Source: Chara braunii
Lineage: Eukaryota > Plantae > Charophyceae
Reading direction: 5' to 3'
Length of the DNA stretch: 64,000 nucleotides
Assembly: GCA_003427395.1 (NCBI GenBank)
Contig: BFEA01000039.1
Span: 2,156,371-2,220,370, forward strand
Notes under the pieces: model-generated
The model's input: only the letters and a program-made list of their open reading frames with translations
Told to the model about the DNA's origin: nothing
Database searches by the model: none
Position numbers and translations under genes: made by a program
Shown: one piece after another, positions 12,801 through 23,959 of the stretch
Numbering within the stretch: the first letter of the stretch is position 1
How the letters are laid out: every line of letters starts with the position of its first letter

Positions 12801-14566
12801 CGTTCTTTTGACACTTGCTTAGAGACATACTTTGGCTTAGTTAATTAGGATGATTTGAGTGAGATCGTGATATGGGGATTATTTTCTATGGACTTATAAA
12901 TTTAGTTTGGGGATTGACCTGTCTTGTCTTACATGTCTTCTTAATCGATTGATTAAGGATTTGAGCTAGATTCAGCTTGGTCCTACGAGGATCATCTTCT
13001 GTTATCACTGATAACCAGTCGGTTGACGATTCGTCGATTTACGACGCTATTCCAATTCACTCTTGCCACTCAAGCTAAATGCTTTAACCTTGTTATTTGA
13101 TTTGTTTTGTTGTGTTTTCGCTCAGACTTTATTTGAATGGCCATTTAAAGAAAAATACTAAGTATTTCATTTTGAGAGTTGCACAAAGAATGAGGCTTGT
13201 ATGGTTAAAAGCAAGGGGTGTGAGTGCAAAAAATGGTTGAAGTTGACCCCATGTAGTGCATGGATTTTTGGTTGAATCTGTGATTTGATTGCAAGTATGT
13301 TTGGTGATTCAAACTCTGGTTTTGACTGGTTGCGCTCACATACATATATATATGGCTGAGAGGAGTCCCACTATGGTTGTGAGATGTGATCGTCACATAC
13401 TTATAACCCTCTATATATAAGTAAATATATAAGCCTTGAGTGTTTCGTGCGGCTTCTTTTGACCGCGCGTAAGGGTTAAGTTAATTATGGTTTCGAGAAA
13501 AAAAAGGATTTTCAATGTTATCCGTTGTTTTTTTTTTAGTTTTTTATAGTTGGACGTTGTAGTCCGTGGCAGTCGTCAAAGTCAAACCCCTTGATTTCTC
13601 TCCAGGACCTAGATAGCGAAGCTGGTCTCCAGGGCCATAAGAGACGATTGCCACCACAAGTATGAACCTGTGTACCACACACTCTGCACTGAGTACAGAA
13701 GAGGGTGTGGTTCTCAACCGCACTTGGCGGTTGTCCAGCGTTGAGAGATCATTCTCTCAAGGCGTGGTTGTCCAGCGTCGAGAGATCATTCTGTCAAGGC
13801 ACGTGTCAGCTGACACTTGAGTGTCGAATGCGACCCTCGAGATTAAAGAGGACCGCATGAGTATGGTTATCACATAGTACGCCATCACTGCGACCTCTTG
13901 CGTACGCTTACATTGCGAGTCGATATGAGTTAGCCCCGTGTCCGCGCAATTTTATACAAAGTCTCGCGCGCGACGTTAATCCGATTCCTGCATCGGAAAG
14001 TTATGGGATGGCTACTAAGGGACTAGGATTGTTGTCGCATTGTTTGTTCAGTGTCGTTCTGTAGATGTATATGTACGTGAGGGATGCATGTGTTTTTATT
14101 TTTATGTTCTTTATTGTGGTGTGCGCGTGGCGTGTGGGATGCATCCTAGTCGACCGGCGACGAGTCGCGCTTGGGACCTCAGCCCCCTAAGATGTCGGTT
14201 CGCGTGCGGGTCGGATAGAGGAGTAATATCGCGCATACCCCCTATGCTATGTCGGACGAGAAACGCCCTCGACTAGTCCACCTCTGCGATTGCAGCTGAC
14301 TAGCTTTCGTACTGTGGGCTGATAGCTCGGCGGGGATACCCCCACCGAAGGGAGGTGACAACTCCCGTAAGGTGGAGGTAAGTCGTGCCTCGCGTAGGCC
14401 CTATCCTGTCGTAGGGGCTCGCGAGAGGTATGGCTGGAGCACTCAGCCGGAGCGGCTTGCGGAAGCTGCATATGCATTTGCGACGAGGATTTAGACCAAC
14501 TCCTGTGTGACGAGGCCGGGAGGGTCCCGTGCTGCCCTTTGCGGTGCCGGACCGATGAGCTTGACA
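6832..14566 (+). mobile_element. Giant LTR copy B (subfamily 1, 7735 bp), probably a 3' LTR
   Basis: Starts TGTCGGTGCGAATACCCTTACAAGGGTA and ends GATGAGCTTGACA. Colinear with C. Preceded by TCGCTTAATATGGTC, the same motif found upstream of 3' LTR D. Confidence 0.82.
11231..11753. mobile_element. AT-rich foldback/MITE-like insertion in LTR B
   Basis: Absent from A and C at the homologous site after GAAGAGAGTA(C/T)AA. Internal ~57-bp inverted repeat, 11400-11456 vs 11519-11575. Confidence 0.55.
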
Positions 14567-16061
14567 GCGCTACACTTGGAGAGTCTTCGGGGGCAGAGGG
14601 GTTGGGAATGCCTCGTGGATCCTGCCGTTTGCAGACGGTCGCAGAGGGTAGTGCGAGGGTTGTTGTGTTGAGGAAGGGAGGCGACCCTGTCACCGTCGAG
14701 TAGGATGATCCTGAGACAGGACCGGCAGTGCGGGAGGACGATGAGGACTTTGAAGGTGAGGAGGAGGGTGAGGAGAAGGAGAGTGAGAGAGGGATAGTGC
14801 TAACGACGACGCCGACGAGGATGAGTCCCCACCGCCCTCATCGACGCGTGCTTCGAGGCGTTCTTCTGCGCCGACATCGTCATCTGCACGACGGAAGGGG
14901 AGGTCGACATCCGACACTCGGGGGGGTAAGGGCAGGCATAGAGGGAAGGGGAAGAGGGGTTGATGACCATGACGCCAACATTATGTTTTCCTTTACTTGC
15001 ACTGACTTCATCGTAGTCTCTGCTCTTGTTTTTTCGGTCGTGCTTTCTTATCTCATTGTTGGCAGGTAGTCACTGGTAGTCAGGTATTGTGCGTGCTGTA
15101 GTTGTATTTGTGTTCTTGGTTTTTTGTGTGTCCGATTTTGGTATGAGTAGGGCGTCTGTACAACAACATTAGTCGTACCAGAGTGGGTCGGCATCGCCGA
15201 CGCGACTTGTATAGTACTGTTTTTCCATTAGTCAGTATGTGGCAGTAGTAGGATTCATTGTATTATGTTACATTTTTCATGTGTTATTTCAGTGACTGGT
15301 ACTTCATTGCTTTTCATATCCTTTACATGTTCTGTGTATGATTTCAATTACGAGTGTTGCACGACGTTTCGTGTCAATTTTTTTCAGCGTGTGAATTTAT
15401 TGTTTAACTGTTGTTTACGTTTTTAATTTCATTTATTTCATTTGTTTGTTTGTTTAATTTGCCTGCAGAGTTGGGTGATTGCTCTCTTTTTGTTTCTTTG
15501 TAAATTGTTGAATGTATGTATAGAGACTACAATACTAACTTCTAATGTTTGGAGGTCACCATTGTCTCCATGCATACCTCTTCCTTGTCAAACATAAGCA
15601 AGTGTGAAGTTTCACACTTGCCTGTGTTTGACAAAGAAGGGGCACTCGTGGACACAATGGTGATTTGGGAGGCGGTGAGCAATGATTGGGTTCGGGTTTG
15701 GGGGGGGGTTGGGGGGGCTGGCAGATGGGGGGGGGGTTGTTGGGGGGTTGGGTTTGGGGTAGGGGGTGTGTGGGTGTCGTGTTCGGATCAGGTGGCAGGT
15801 CGGGGGGTTGTGACACTTGCAGGGGCGTCGTCAAAGGGTCCAAAGGGGGGGGGGGGGATGTAAATTTTTATTTTTTTTCGGTTTGAGTGTTCGGGCGAGT
15901 GGGGACACGTTTCCGAGGCCCAACTCGCCGGTTCCGTTTTTCAAAATTCAACGGAGCACCCCCGTTTTTGCGTTAAATGCGATTCAACGGGGGTCCCCAG
16001 ACCTGTTAAACACGAATAATGGTGTTCAATTTTACGCGTTTTCCGTTCATCGGACACACAA
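14567..16061 (+). mobile_element. Possible 3' part of a DNA transposon (acidic coding remnant, AT-rich 3' region, subterminal region)
   Basis: Coding-like DDPETGPAVREDDEDFEGEEEGEEKES stretch, then a UTR-like AT-rich tract. Ends ...GGACACACAA, similar to the MITE termini (YTGTGT), and truncates the PLE at ~16062. No catalytic motif seen. Confidence 0.3.
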
Positions 16062-16149
16062 CCGAAGTGCCATTCCAAAAAAATTGTCCGAATTTTTTTT
16101 GGCCAGGTACTCATTTCGCAGGGTTAGGACCTGCTTAGGAATACTTGAA

Positions 16150-17159
16150 TCTTATCTGACCTCTTGAAGTTAGGCACCTTGAACATGAAAGGAAAGGCGG
16201 GTTGCGCATACGTTATACCAAAGCAGAAGGATTTATTCCGTTTCATACTATTTCTCATACTTTCAATGAACCAACGATTCGTATCTTTAAGAAGATTTCG
16301 AAGACTCTGAATTTGTTGTTTAAAGCATTACCTCAAGGTTCTCATTTTAATTTACCTTCAGTAAGACATCTGGTAAGCAGAGTGATGACAGTAAATTCGC
16401 AGATGCAATGAGTTGGAATGGACGTCAAGGTGATGGCAGCATTGTACGACATAAAATACATGTTTCTAGGTTGTCGCATGATGAAATTTCCAGTGCATTG
16501 GATTAGATTCTTGACTATTTTCAGGATAGAAAATCTGTCGGAGTCAATTCGAGAGCAAAGGGAGCACCCTTACGGAAAAAGGAAGGAGAAGGATGGTGGT
16601 GAGTTGAGTTGCATGATATTAGGAAGTTTGTTAGATTCGAGTTGTCACACATGTAATACTATACACGGGCTTCTAATATTTTGTTGAAGCAGGTTGTGGG
16701 TATCCCCAAGGGAAAAAGTATGAGCCCGCTGCTTGCATGCATTATGTGTGCGCATGCAGAGTGGTGGTTTCTTGTCTCCTTGGGGTCAGACCGAACGTTG
16801 GTGGGCGGAGTCAGACTAATAGACGATGTTTCTGTCTTTTTGGCTTTTCAATATAGAGACTTGGGTCCATTGGCAAAGTCAATCGAATCAGGAAACTATT
16901 TGAAAAATGTTACCCTAAGCTATTAACTCTGAAACAAACTGATGATAAAACGGGGGCTTGGGACTTTATGAGATGCAAAATGGAAGTTGGACCAGATTAC
17001 CTGTACCTATGTAGCATTTAGAGAACCAAGAATGAGGACACAATTTGGACCTTGTGATAAATTGTACTGAAATCGGGACAAGAGTATCAGTCTTGGTCCT
17101 GCGAAAAGCAGAAGTTGGAGGGTATTACAGGGTGGCTTCATTGCACGGACCATAATACC
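16150..17159 (+). pseudogene. Penelope-like reverse transcriptase core, frameshifted and inverted relative to its element
   Basis: Motifs AYVIPKQKDL, LYDIKYMF (motif A), QVVGIPKGKSMSPLLA (motif B), RLIDDV (catalytic DD) and WDFMRCKM. Confidence 0.85.
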
Positions 17160-18043
17160 TGCACGAGTTCTTTTCCAGACCTCATCCTCCTGTTGAGTTA
17201 TCGTCACGTACCCTTAACTTCAGACGAACAAGTTACTTATTGCATCGTGGTACAGGTACAGACAAATCAATACAATGTCTCCGGGAGAAAAAAACAAATT
17301 GGAATACCTGTTTCTGACCCTCAGCACCTCTTCTGTCGATACTTCTAGGCCATTGTCAGTTGTCTCATTCATACATGCATCCGCCTCCTCGCGACTAACC
17401 TTCAGAGAGACTCGTACACCTCGAAGGACTCAGAAAATTTATGCGATGAAATTTTCCCACGAAAGTCCTTGCGGGCTTTTGAGATTTTCTTATCATTGTG
17501 CATACTCACGGGTACACCAGACACTTCCCCTATCTGACATCTTACATGGTCCCCAAAATAGGGCAAATCGTACCCTCTACAAGTGCAGGCCTACACTTCT
17601 TTTGAGGCGGCCTTGCGGTGATTGCAAAGGATATCGGCGACAGAGGGATTTTTAGTACCCACTAGCCTGACCTTCTTTTTAAAAATATCCTTAATACCAT
17701 ATGGGAAACCCGTATCTCCGACCTTTATATCATACAGTTTTCACACTTCTTCTAAACTTACTTTGTCATCGTACCGTACTCGCACAATTATCCTAGCACT
17801 AAAATTAAAACAAAAAACTTTCTTAATACTTCCATAAAAAAAACGCTTCAGTCGTTGCCGAGTTGCTTTCCATCTGAATTCCTTAACTGCTTGCAGTAGT
17901 TCTGTCAGAAAGTTGAGATCATGATGAAACAAGGATGCACGTTTCTTAGACTGCTTGAGAATCGACACCAAGAAATAGTGATTTCTCCTGCAATTTTTCT
18001 TCCATCTTCTTAGATAAACGAAATTAATGTTCTTTCCATCTTC

Positions 18044-18599
18044 CTGTGTAGCATCGTGTTCGCGTTCGGTGACCAAACCCGAACGTTCGGGACCAAACGC
18101 CAACGAGCGCCGAAACTCTCCGAATGCGAACATAAAAATATTAAAAAAAAAAAAAAAAAACGTTTCTCCAAAATATTTGAAAAAAATATATGTTATGTAA
18201 AATAATAATACAAACAACGTTTGCCTTGGAGGTGTGGTCAAATACGTAACCAAACTCGAGTTAAAAATAAAAAATAAATAAATATGACGATATATATATA
18301 TACATATATATATCGTCACAAACAGAACTGCCTGGTAAACTGTAGGCAGAGAGAGAGAAGAGGACAAGAAACGAGGGGCTGTGACAAACTGTTTCGTCGG
18401 AGTTTCACCGACTCATCAGGAGGCTGAACCCTCAACAGTCTGCAGAATCCCCTCACTGATTACACTGTAAATGATAATCTACCTTAACCAAAATCAAAGT
18501 AGACTATCACTCACCCACACCAGATGGAAAACTCTACAGACTGTCGGTTCACACCCCATCACAAGCCAGCAAAACATCCACGAAACAAAGAAAGGTCTG

Positions 18600-18630
<31 letters not shown>

Positions 18631-18733
18631 TTTGAATATGTTCGGTCGAACACTTTCGGGTGGCGTTTGGCCGAACACCCGAACATGTTCGGACATTCGG
18701 AAAAGCTCCGAACATGTTCGGTGTGCTACACAA
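18044..18733. mobile_element. hAT-like MITE (690 bp) with a nested ribozyme-bearing insert
   Basis: TIRs CTGTGTAGCA / TGCTACACAA; 8-bp TSD CCATCTTC at 18036-18043 and 18734-18741; subterminal GTTCG/CGAAC repeats. The empty site is visible in the duplicate at ~19367. Confidence 0.85.
18386..18441 (-). ncRNA. Type III hammerhead ribozyme (GUU cleavage triplet)
   Basis: Minus strand reads AGACTG-TT-GAGG gttcag CCTC-CTGATGA-GTCGG tgaaact CCGAC-GAAA-CAGTTT: full core plus stems I, II and III. Confidence 0.88.
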
Positions 18734-19719
18734 CCATCTTCTATATCTCGCTTACATTGTCGAAGTTGCACTCTCTTTTCGTCCACCACAACATCGGAAT
18801 TCCCAAATACCCGTTTGATTTTCTTCCATCCATCGCACCACACTTTTCCTCCTTCCGACTTTAAGACAAAACTTCGATGTCCCTTCTCTTCCTGGTCATA
18901 CGAAGAGTGTGAAATTCTGACCAAGCTATTCGATGAGGCTCCAATGTTCACACGAATCACGTCGACCGACCTGGTTCTGCTATTCCATCGACTCTTTTTC
19001 CTCTTCTATGTAAAAATGTCCTTAATGCTATCGGGGAAACCCGTATCTTCGATCTTCATATCATACAGTTTTCACACTCCTGCTAAACTTACTTTGTTAT
19101 CTTATTGTGCTCGCACAATTATCCTAACACTCAAATTAAAATAAAAACCTTTCTTAATACTTCCGTAAAAAAAAACCTGCAGTTGTTGCTAAGTTGCTTT
19201 CCGACTGAATTCCTTAACTGCTTGCAGGAGTTCTGTCCGAAAGTTGAGATCACGATGAAACAAGGATGCACGTTTCTTAGCCTGCTTGAGAATCGACACC
19301 AAGAAAGAATGATTTCTCCTGCAATGTTTCTTCCATCTTCTGAGATAAACGAAATTAATGTTTTTTCCATCTTCTATATCCCGCTCACATTGTCAAAGTT
19401 ACATTCTCTTTTCGTCCACTACAGCATTGGAATTCCCAAACACCCATTTGATTTTCTTTCATCCATCACACCACGCTTTTCCTCCTTCTGACTTTAAGAC
19501 AAAACTACGATGTCCCTTCTCTTCCTGGTCATACAACGAGTGTAGAATTCTCACCGAGCTATTTGATGAGGCTCCAATTTTCACACGAATCATGTCGACC
19601 TGCGTGGTTCTGCTATTCAAACTATTATTTTTCTCTTTCCATCGACTTTTTTTCCTCTTCTCTGTAGATCTCTCCTTCCTCCCTTTTCGTATCTTCATGG
19701 ATTATCGTTTTCTACTTGG

Positions 19720-20330
19720 TTTGCTTCCACTAGTCCTCGTATTAAGATTTGGCAACCAGGTTCAAATTAATAGATCTTCCAAGTTTAACAAACAATCCGT
19801 GTGACCCTTCAGAACCGGAATCAAGACATATTTGTGCACGCTAAACCGTTCTAACCACCTACGAAAACGAGACACAGATGAATCAACCACGATGCTTTGA
19901 CCCTTATGTTCAACCCTGCGTAGCACGCCAAACATGTTCGTGCGAACAGCTTGCGAACATGTTCGAGCGAACATAATTGTTTTGTCGTTAAAAAAATAAA
20001 AATAAAAATAGTTTTTCGGTTTTTGGTTCTTAACTCTTGATTGGCTACGAATTTGAACATTTATCCAAGTCAAAAGTTGCTTGTATTGTTATTTTACATA
20101 ACATATTTTTTTTCAGATTTTTTTGAGAACGTTTTTTTTTTTTTTGAATATTTTTTATTTTCGCGTTCGGGGGGTTTTGGGCGCTTGTTTACGTTCGCCT
20201 CCGAACGCGAACACGGTGCTACGTAGGTTCGAACCATCTAGCATTAACCGTTCCTTTGGTTTTTCCGATATACATAGCTCGAAACCAGGGTGATAGTCTT
20301 ACGTGTACTCAACTTCCAGCATCGTCAAAG
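19720..20330 (-). pseudogene. GIY-YIG endonuclease domain remnant, interrupted by a MITE
   Basis: S*VHVRLSPWFRAMYIGKTKGTVNARWFEH|KGQ...YVLIPVLK...LEDLLI*TWLPNLNT matches the GIY-YIG pattern (YIG-T, R, H, E...I...P-LN). Confidence 0.75.
19916..20226. mobile_element. hAT-like MITE (311 bp), same family as 18044-18733, opposite orientation
   Basis: TIRs CTGCGTAGCAC / GTGCTACGTAG; 8-9 bp TSD GTTCAACC / GTTCGAACC. Removing it restores the WFEHKG reading frame. Confidence 0.82.
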
Positions 20331-20519
20331 ATATCCGGATCTTCCTTCACCAATTTGGCCCAGTAGCCGACGATCTTGAAAAGCCTCCGTATTTTACCAC
20401 GAATTGCAAGCGTGACGATGGCCCAATAGAACAATGACTCGATTTTCTTCTTTACCGGTGTATTCTTTCGTAACTCGGAAACAGTTCTACAACATTTCCA
20501 TAGCTCCGAAGCGCTTATG

Positions 20520-21715
20520 CTACTTCACGCTAGTTTTTCTTTTTTAGACTCCAAAGATTCTTCTGATTTTTCAGACTCGTCAAAGTCTGACTCGCCTTCA
20601 CTCGAAGTTGACGATGGTTCCTCCATCACCTTACCTCTAGGAAATCTTGGTACTCCCTCAATCGTTCCTTCGGATGCAACTTGTGCTCGATGCTCTGCCA
20701 CAACTATCACTACTTTTGGCTTATGTACGTTCGACAATCCCGCTTGCTTGTATATTTTCTGAATTTTTCTGTAGTCAAGAATATCCAGATACTTGACTGT
20801 TTCATCAACGAATTGCTGCCTCGCCCCAATTCTTGTCCCTCTTGTGGCGCCTGTCCGAGTCAGATCGTTTTTCCTCCTAAAACTCTTCATCCCCACTGAC
20901 TGTGGCATCGTCTTCATCTTCTTCACGAACTTTGGAATTCTCGATGTTGTTGGAGGTGGATGCATCTTGAGAGGAGTAATATTCGGGTGACTGCGACAAG
21001 GATTCCTCCTCCTCTGTAATCGTAGGAACTTGCTTTTGTTTATCCGATATCCATAGCCTTTGTGTTCTTCCACCGATGTCAGAGATCTCGTCTTCCGAGT
21101 TAAATTATTTTTTTCCCATAGCTCGACGACGCTTTGGGCGTCCAGAAGCCGCCAATATGGATGCCTTTCCCGCTGGTACTCAGATGAGCTAGCAACGTCG
21201 ACCTCCTCCTGTGCTCCTCCTCATCGTTTCGAGAATTGTATATTCACAATTATTGCCAGTCTCTCGTCATTCTTTCGTTTTTCTCGTCGTTTTTTCACTT
21301 CCTTCTTGTGTCTCTTTGCTTCCTTTTCCTGTCTCTCACGCTCAATATGAATTCGCTCTTCCTTCGCTTTTTGCAACTTTTTCTCTCGTTCTGCAACCAA
21401 CAAGTTGACCAAATCCTTCACATTGTCCCTTTCTTCACGCCTCTTATAGTGTCTGGAATCCGCCAATAGAGATGGCTTCGCAGGTTCCCAATGTCTTCTT
21501 GGTGGAGTTGCGGATTGTCCTCGAAAATGTCGAAAGCTTCCTCCCGTAGATTGCTCGCCTCCCTTTTTGCGTTCCCGAGCTTCAAAGCGTTCCTTCTAGT
21601 ACAGTCCGTAATCTCGAGCATAGTGTCCTGGCAGTTTGCAGTTGTAGCAGATTTGAGCATTTCTTTGAGGAGCATCGCCCTCCCCGTTTCCACCGGCATG
21701 GCTCGATGATGCCAT
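20520..21715 (-). pseudogene. Gag-like N-terminal region of the PLE (CCHC zinc knuckle, charged coiled coil)
   Basis: CX2CX4HX4(C>Y) at 21608-21649, followed by K/E/R-rich broken ORFs 21221-21466 and 20525-21073. Confidence 0.6.
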
Positions 21716-21959
21716 CTCTAAGTTCTTTAGAGGACAAGGCCTCTTGCTCGTCGCCCGCTCGACTATATATCAGAGCTGCGTAAACGAGCTTGACCACCAT
21801 GGGGAGTATCGATCTTCCGCTGGTTACCAATTGCTTCACATATGTGAGAAACACACAAACAACACGCGTCCACCCAGATAGATAAACATTAATTTTTGCC
21901 TTCGTCAATGCCACCGACCAAGCCGCTCATCCAAGATTCCTCCAAACTTTTCAACAAAC

Positions 21960-22590
21960 TTGGTAGTACCTGTGACCGAAGCTGCGGGCAACTACCTGAG
22001 ACACAAATTTGCAGAAAGAGGCCGAGTATACATCAATAAAGATCTATATACTATCCTGTTCTATTCCTACAGGTCTAGCAACACATCAGCAGTAAACTTC
22101 CACATCTCGTTCTTTGTACGTGCAAAGTTCCGAAGTGCTGTTCCAAAAACGTTGTCTGAAAAGTTTTTCGCCCGGTACTCATTTCGCAGGGTTAAGACCT
22201 GCTTAGGAATACTTGAACGGACCATGGTATTACGTTCCATGCGATAAAGCCACCCTTTAATAGCCGCCAGGTTCTGCTTTATGCTGGACTAGGACTGATA
22301 ATCCTATCCTGATTTCTGAACAATTTATCCCGAGGTCCAAGTTGTGTCCTCATTCTTGGTTCTCCGAATGCTACCCAGGTACAGGTAATCTGGCCTAACT
22401 TCCATTTTGCAGCGTAGGAAGTCCCAGACCCCCGTTTTGTCATCAGTTCGTTTCAGAGTTAATAACTTAGGCTAGCATTTTTCAAATCGTTTCTTGATTC
22501 GATTGACTTTGCCAATGGACCCAAGGTCCCCATATTGGAAAGCCAAGAAGACAGAAACATCGTCCATTAGTCTGACTCCTCCCACCAACT
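21960..22590 (-). mobile_element. 5'-truncated second PLE copy (RT C-terminus + 3' UTR) upstream of the full copy; pseudo-LTR arrangement
   Basis: The reverse complement aligns to 16797-17159 and 16062-16149. RLMDDV motif; ORF ends ...FGTALRNFARTKNEMWKFTADVLLDL* at 22067. Confidence 0.78.
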
Positions 22591-22739
22591 TTCTATAAGC
22601 CCTAAAAACGAGTAACCATTCTTTTTTCTTTTTATTTTATTTTTCTTTCTATAATAGAGTAAATCCCATTTTCCTCTCGTTATTTTTTGCATTCGTTTTT
22701 TTTTTCCCCCCCTCTCATTTTTCATGTGTTCTTCGCGCC

Positions 22740-23450
22740 CAGTAGTTCGAGCCTCGGCAAGGCTCGATATACCAGCCACCCGAGGCTCGGAATTGATAGT
22801 TAGGCAAAGTACCGGTGGTTTAATAAACAGTCTAAGTTTTGGAAAAGTTTTTTTAAGAGCTTGGAGGAAACTTTTTCCTACAGAGCGGGATGACCCTACG
22901 ACTAAAGTTTTAGTTTTGAATTAGATCATCTTCAAACATTCTCTGATTTTAAACAGTTGGGGCACAAAGTTCTCTGCGCATGATTCTATCGGCCGTCATG
23001 AGAAAGTTCGGGTTGAAAGGGTCGTGGTGCATCTCAGGGACTTGTGAGATGAGGCCAAAAGGGACTGGAGGCCGCTCCGGAAAATTAAGGTGAAACTATC
23101 AAGAATGAGGAAGGTACAAATCTGTTTGAATGAAATCTAGCAAGCGATCCCTAAATCCTGGCTGTCGCTGCTAAGAGCTCCACAAATTTATGCGGTGGTA
23201 CTATGGCTGAAACCTCCCTCCAAAAAGAACCATATGGTGTATCATGTAACTAATGACTTGGGAGATGAGGGATGGGCAGCCCAAGAATGACAAGTACCAA
23301 ACGTCGTAGAGTATTCGAAGGAGTTCTTTCCACTTTAGAACTCAGTGATGTCTTCGCTCTTTGGAAGGCCTTCCGGAGATTGGGGTAAGTTTACACTTGA
23401 AGGAGGCCGGTTCCAGAGGCGCGAGATAGTGTGCATTTCTCCGGATGGGT
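22740..23450 (+). pseudogene. Fragment of an L1/Tx1-type LINE ORF2, region C-terminal to RT
   Basis: LRAWRKL...HLRDL*DEAKRDW...I*QAIPKSWLSLL resembles the post-RT region of L1-clade ORF2. Multiple stops. Confidence 0.5.
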
Positions 23451-23959
23451 CTGCAGCCTCTTGCTAAGGCTGCAGTGGATACCAACGAGGTGGGTTGGTT
23501 CGTCAAGATGAAAGTGGAAAAGCGTCTTACTGGACAGGTGCATGCCACCCAAAGGGTCGGTGGTAGCTCAACCCGGAGGGATGGAAGACGGGATACGAGG
23601 CAAGAGTCCCGAAAAACCAAAGATGGATGAAAGGAGATAGGATGCTCCAAGGGCGGGAGAAGGAAGAAGCCAGGAAGGAAGCCGAGGTAATGCTAACAGA
23701 AGAGGAGAGGAGGGAATCCCAAGGTACAATACCTTAAGGTTTGGGGGAAGGTGGAGAGAGAGAAGACACAAAGAATGGTAGCTGAGGCAATGACCAACAA
23801 AGGGGGAAGGGGCAGCAACCATCTTGGGTGAGCAAGATGAAAAACACAATGAAGGATAAAACAATGTGTGTCAAAAGGCAACCTGAAGGAGAATATGGTA
23901 GATCAAAGGGACAATGTGCAGACCTGCAGATCCCCCTAAAAAACCTCTGACGTGCCCGG

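Larger units (their letters stand above)
17681..19660. repeat. ~640-bp tandem duplication within the PLE ORF
   Basis: 17681-19005 (after removing the MITE) aligns with 19011-19660. Both begin AAAAAT(A/G)TCCTTAAT...GGGAAACCCGTATC. Confidence 0.8.
16062..21950 (-). mobile_element. Decayed Penelope-like retroelement (CCHC knuckle - GIY-YIG endonuclease - RT)
   Basis: Minus-strand motifs in order: CYNCKLPGHYARD (21608-21649), MYIGKTKGTVNARWFEH...LEDLLI*TWLPNLN (20330-19720), linker, RT core (inverted), then the RT C-terminus at 16149-16062. Confidence 0.8.

Noticed and set aside
14247-14693. Antisense ORF shared among LTR 3' ends (also 5643-6008 and 37501-37788)
   Set aside because: Frames shift between copies and the starts lie in unrelated flanks; similarity reflects nucleotide conservation only.
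16062-16149. piggyBac-like AGGG-TTAA terminus (also ~22190)
   Set aside because: The sequence is the minus-strand coding C-terminus of the PLE RT, and homology continues past the TTAA.
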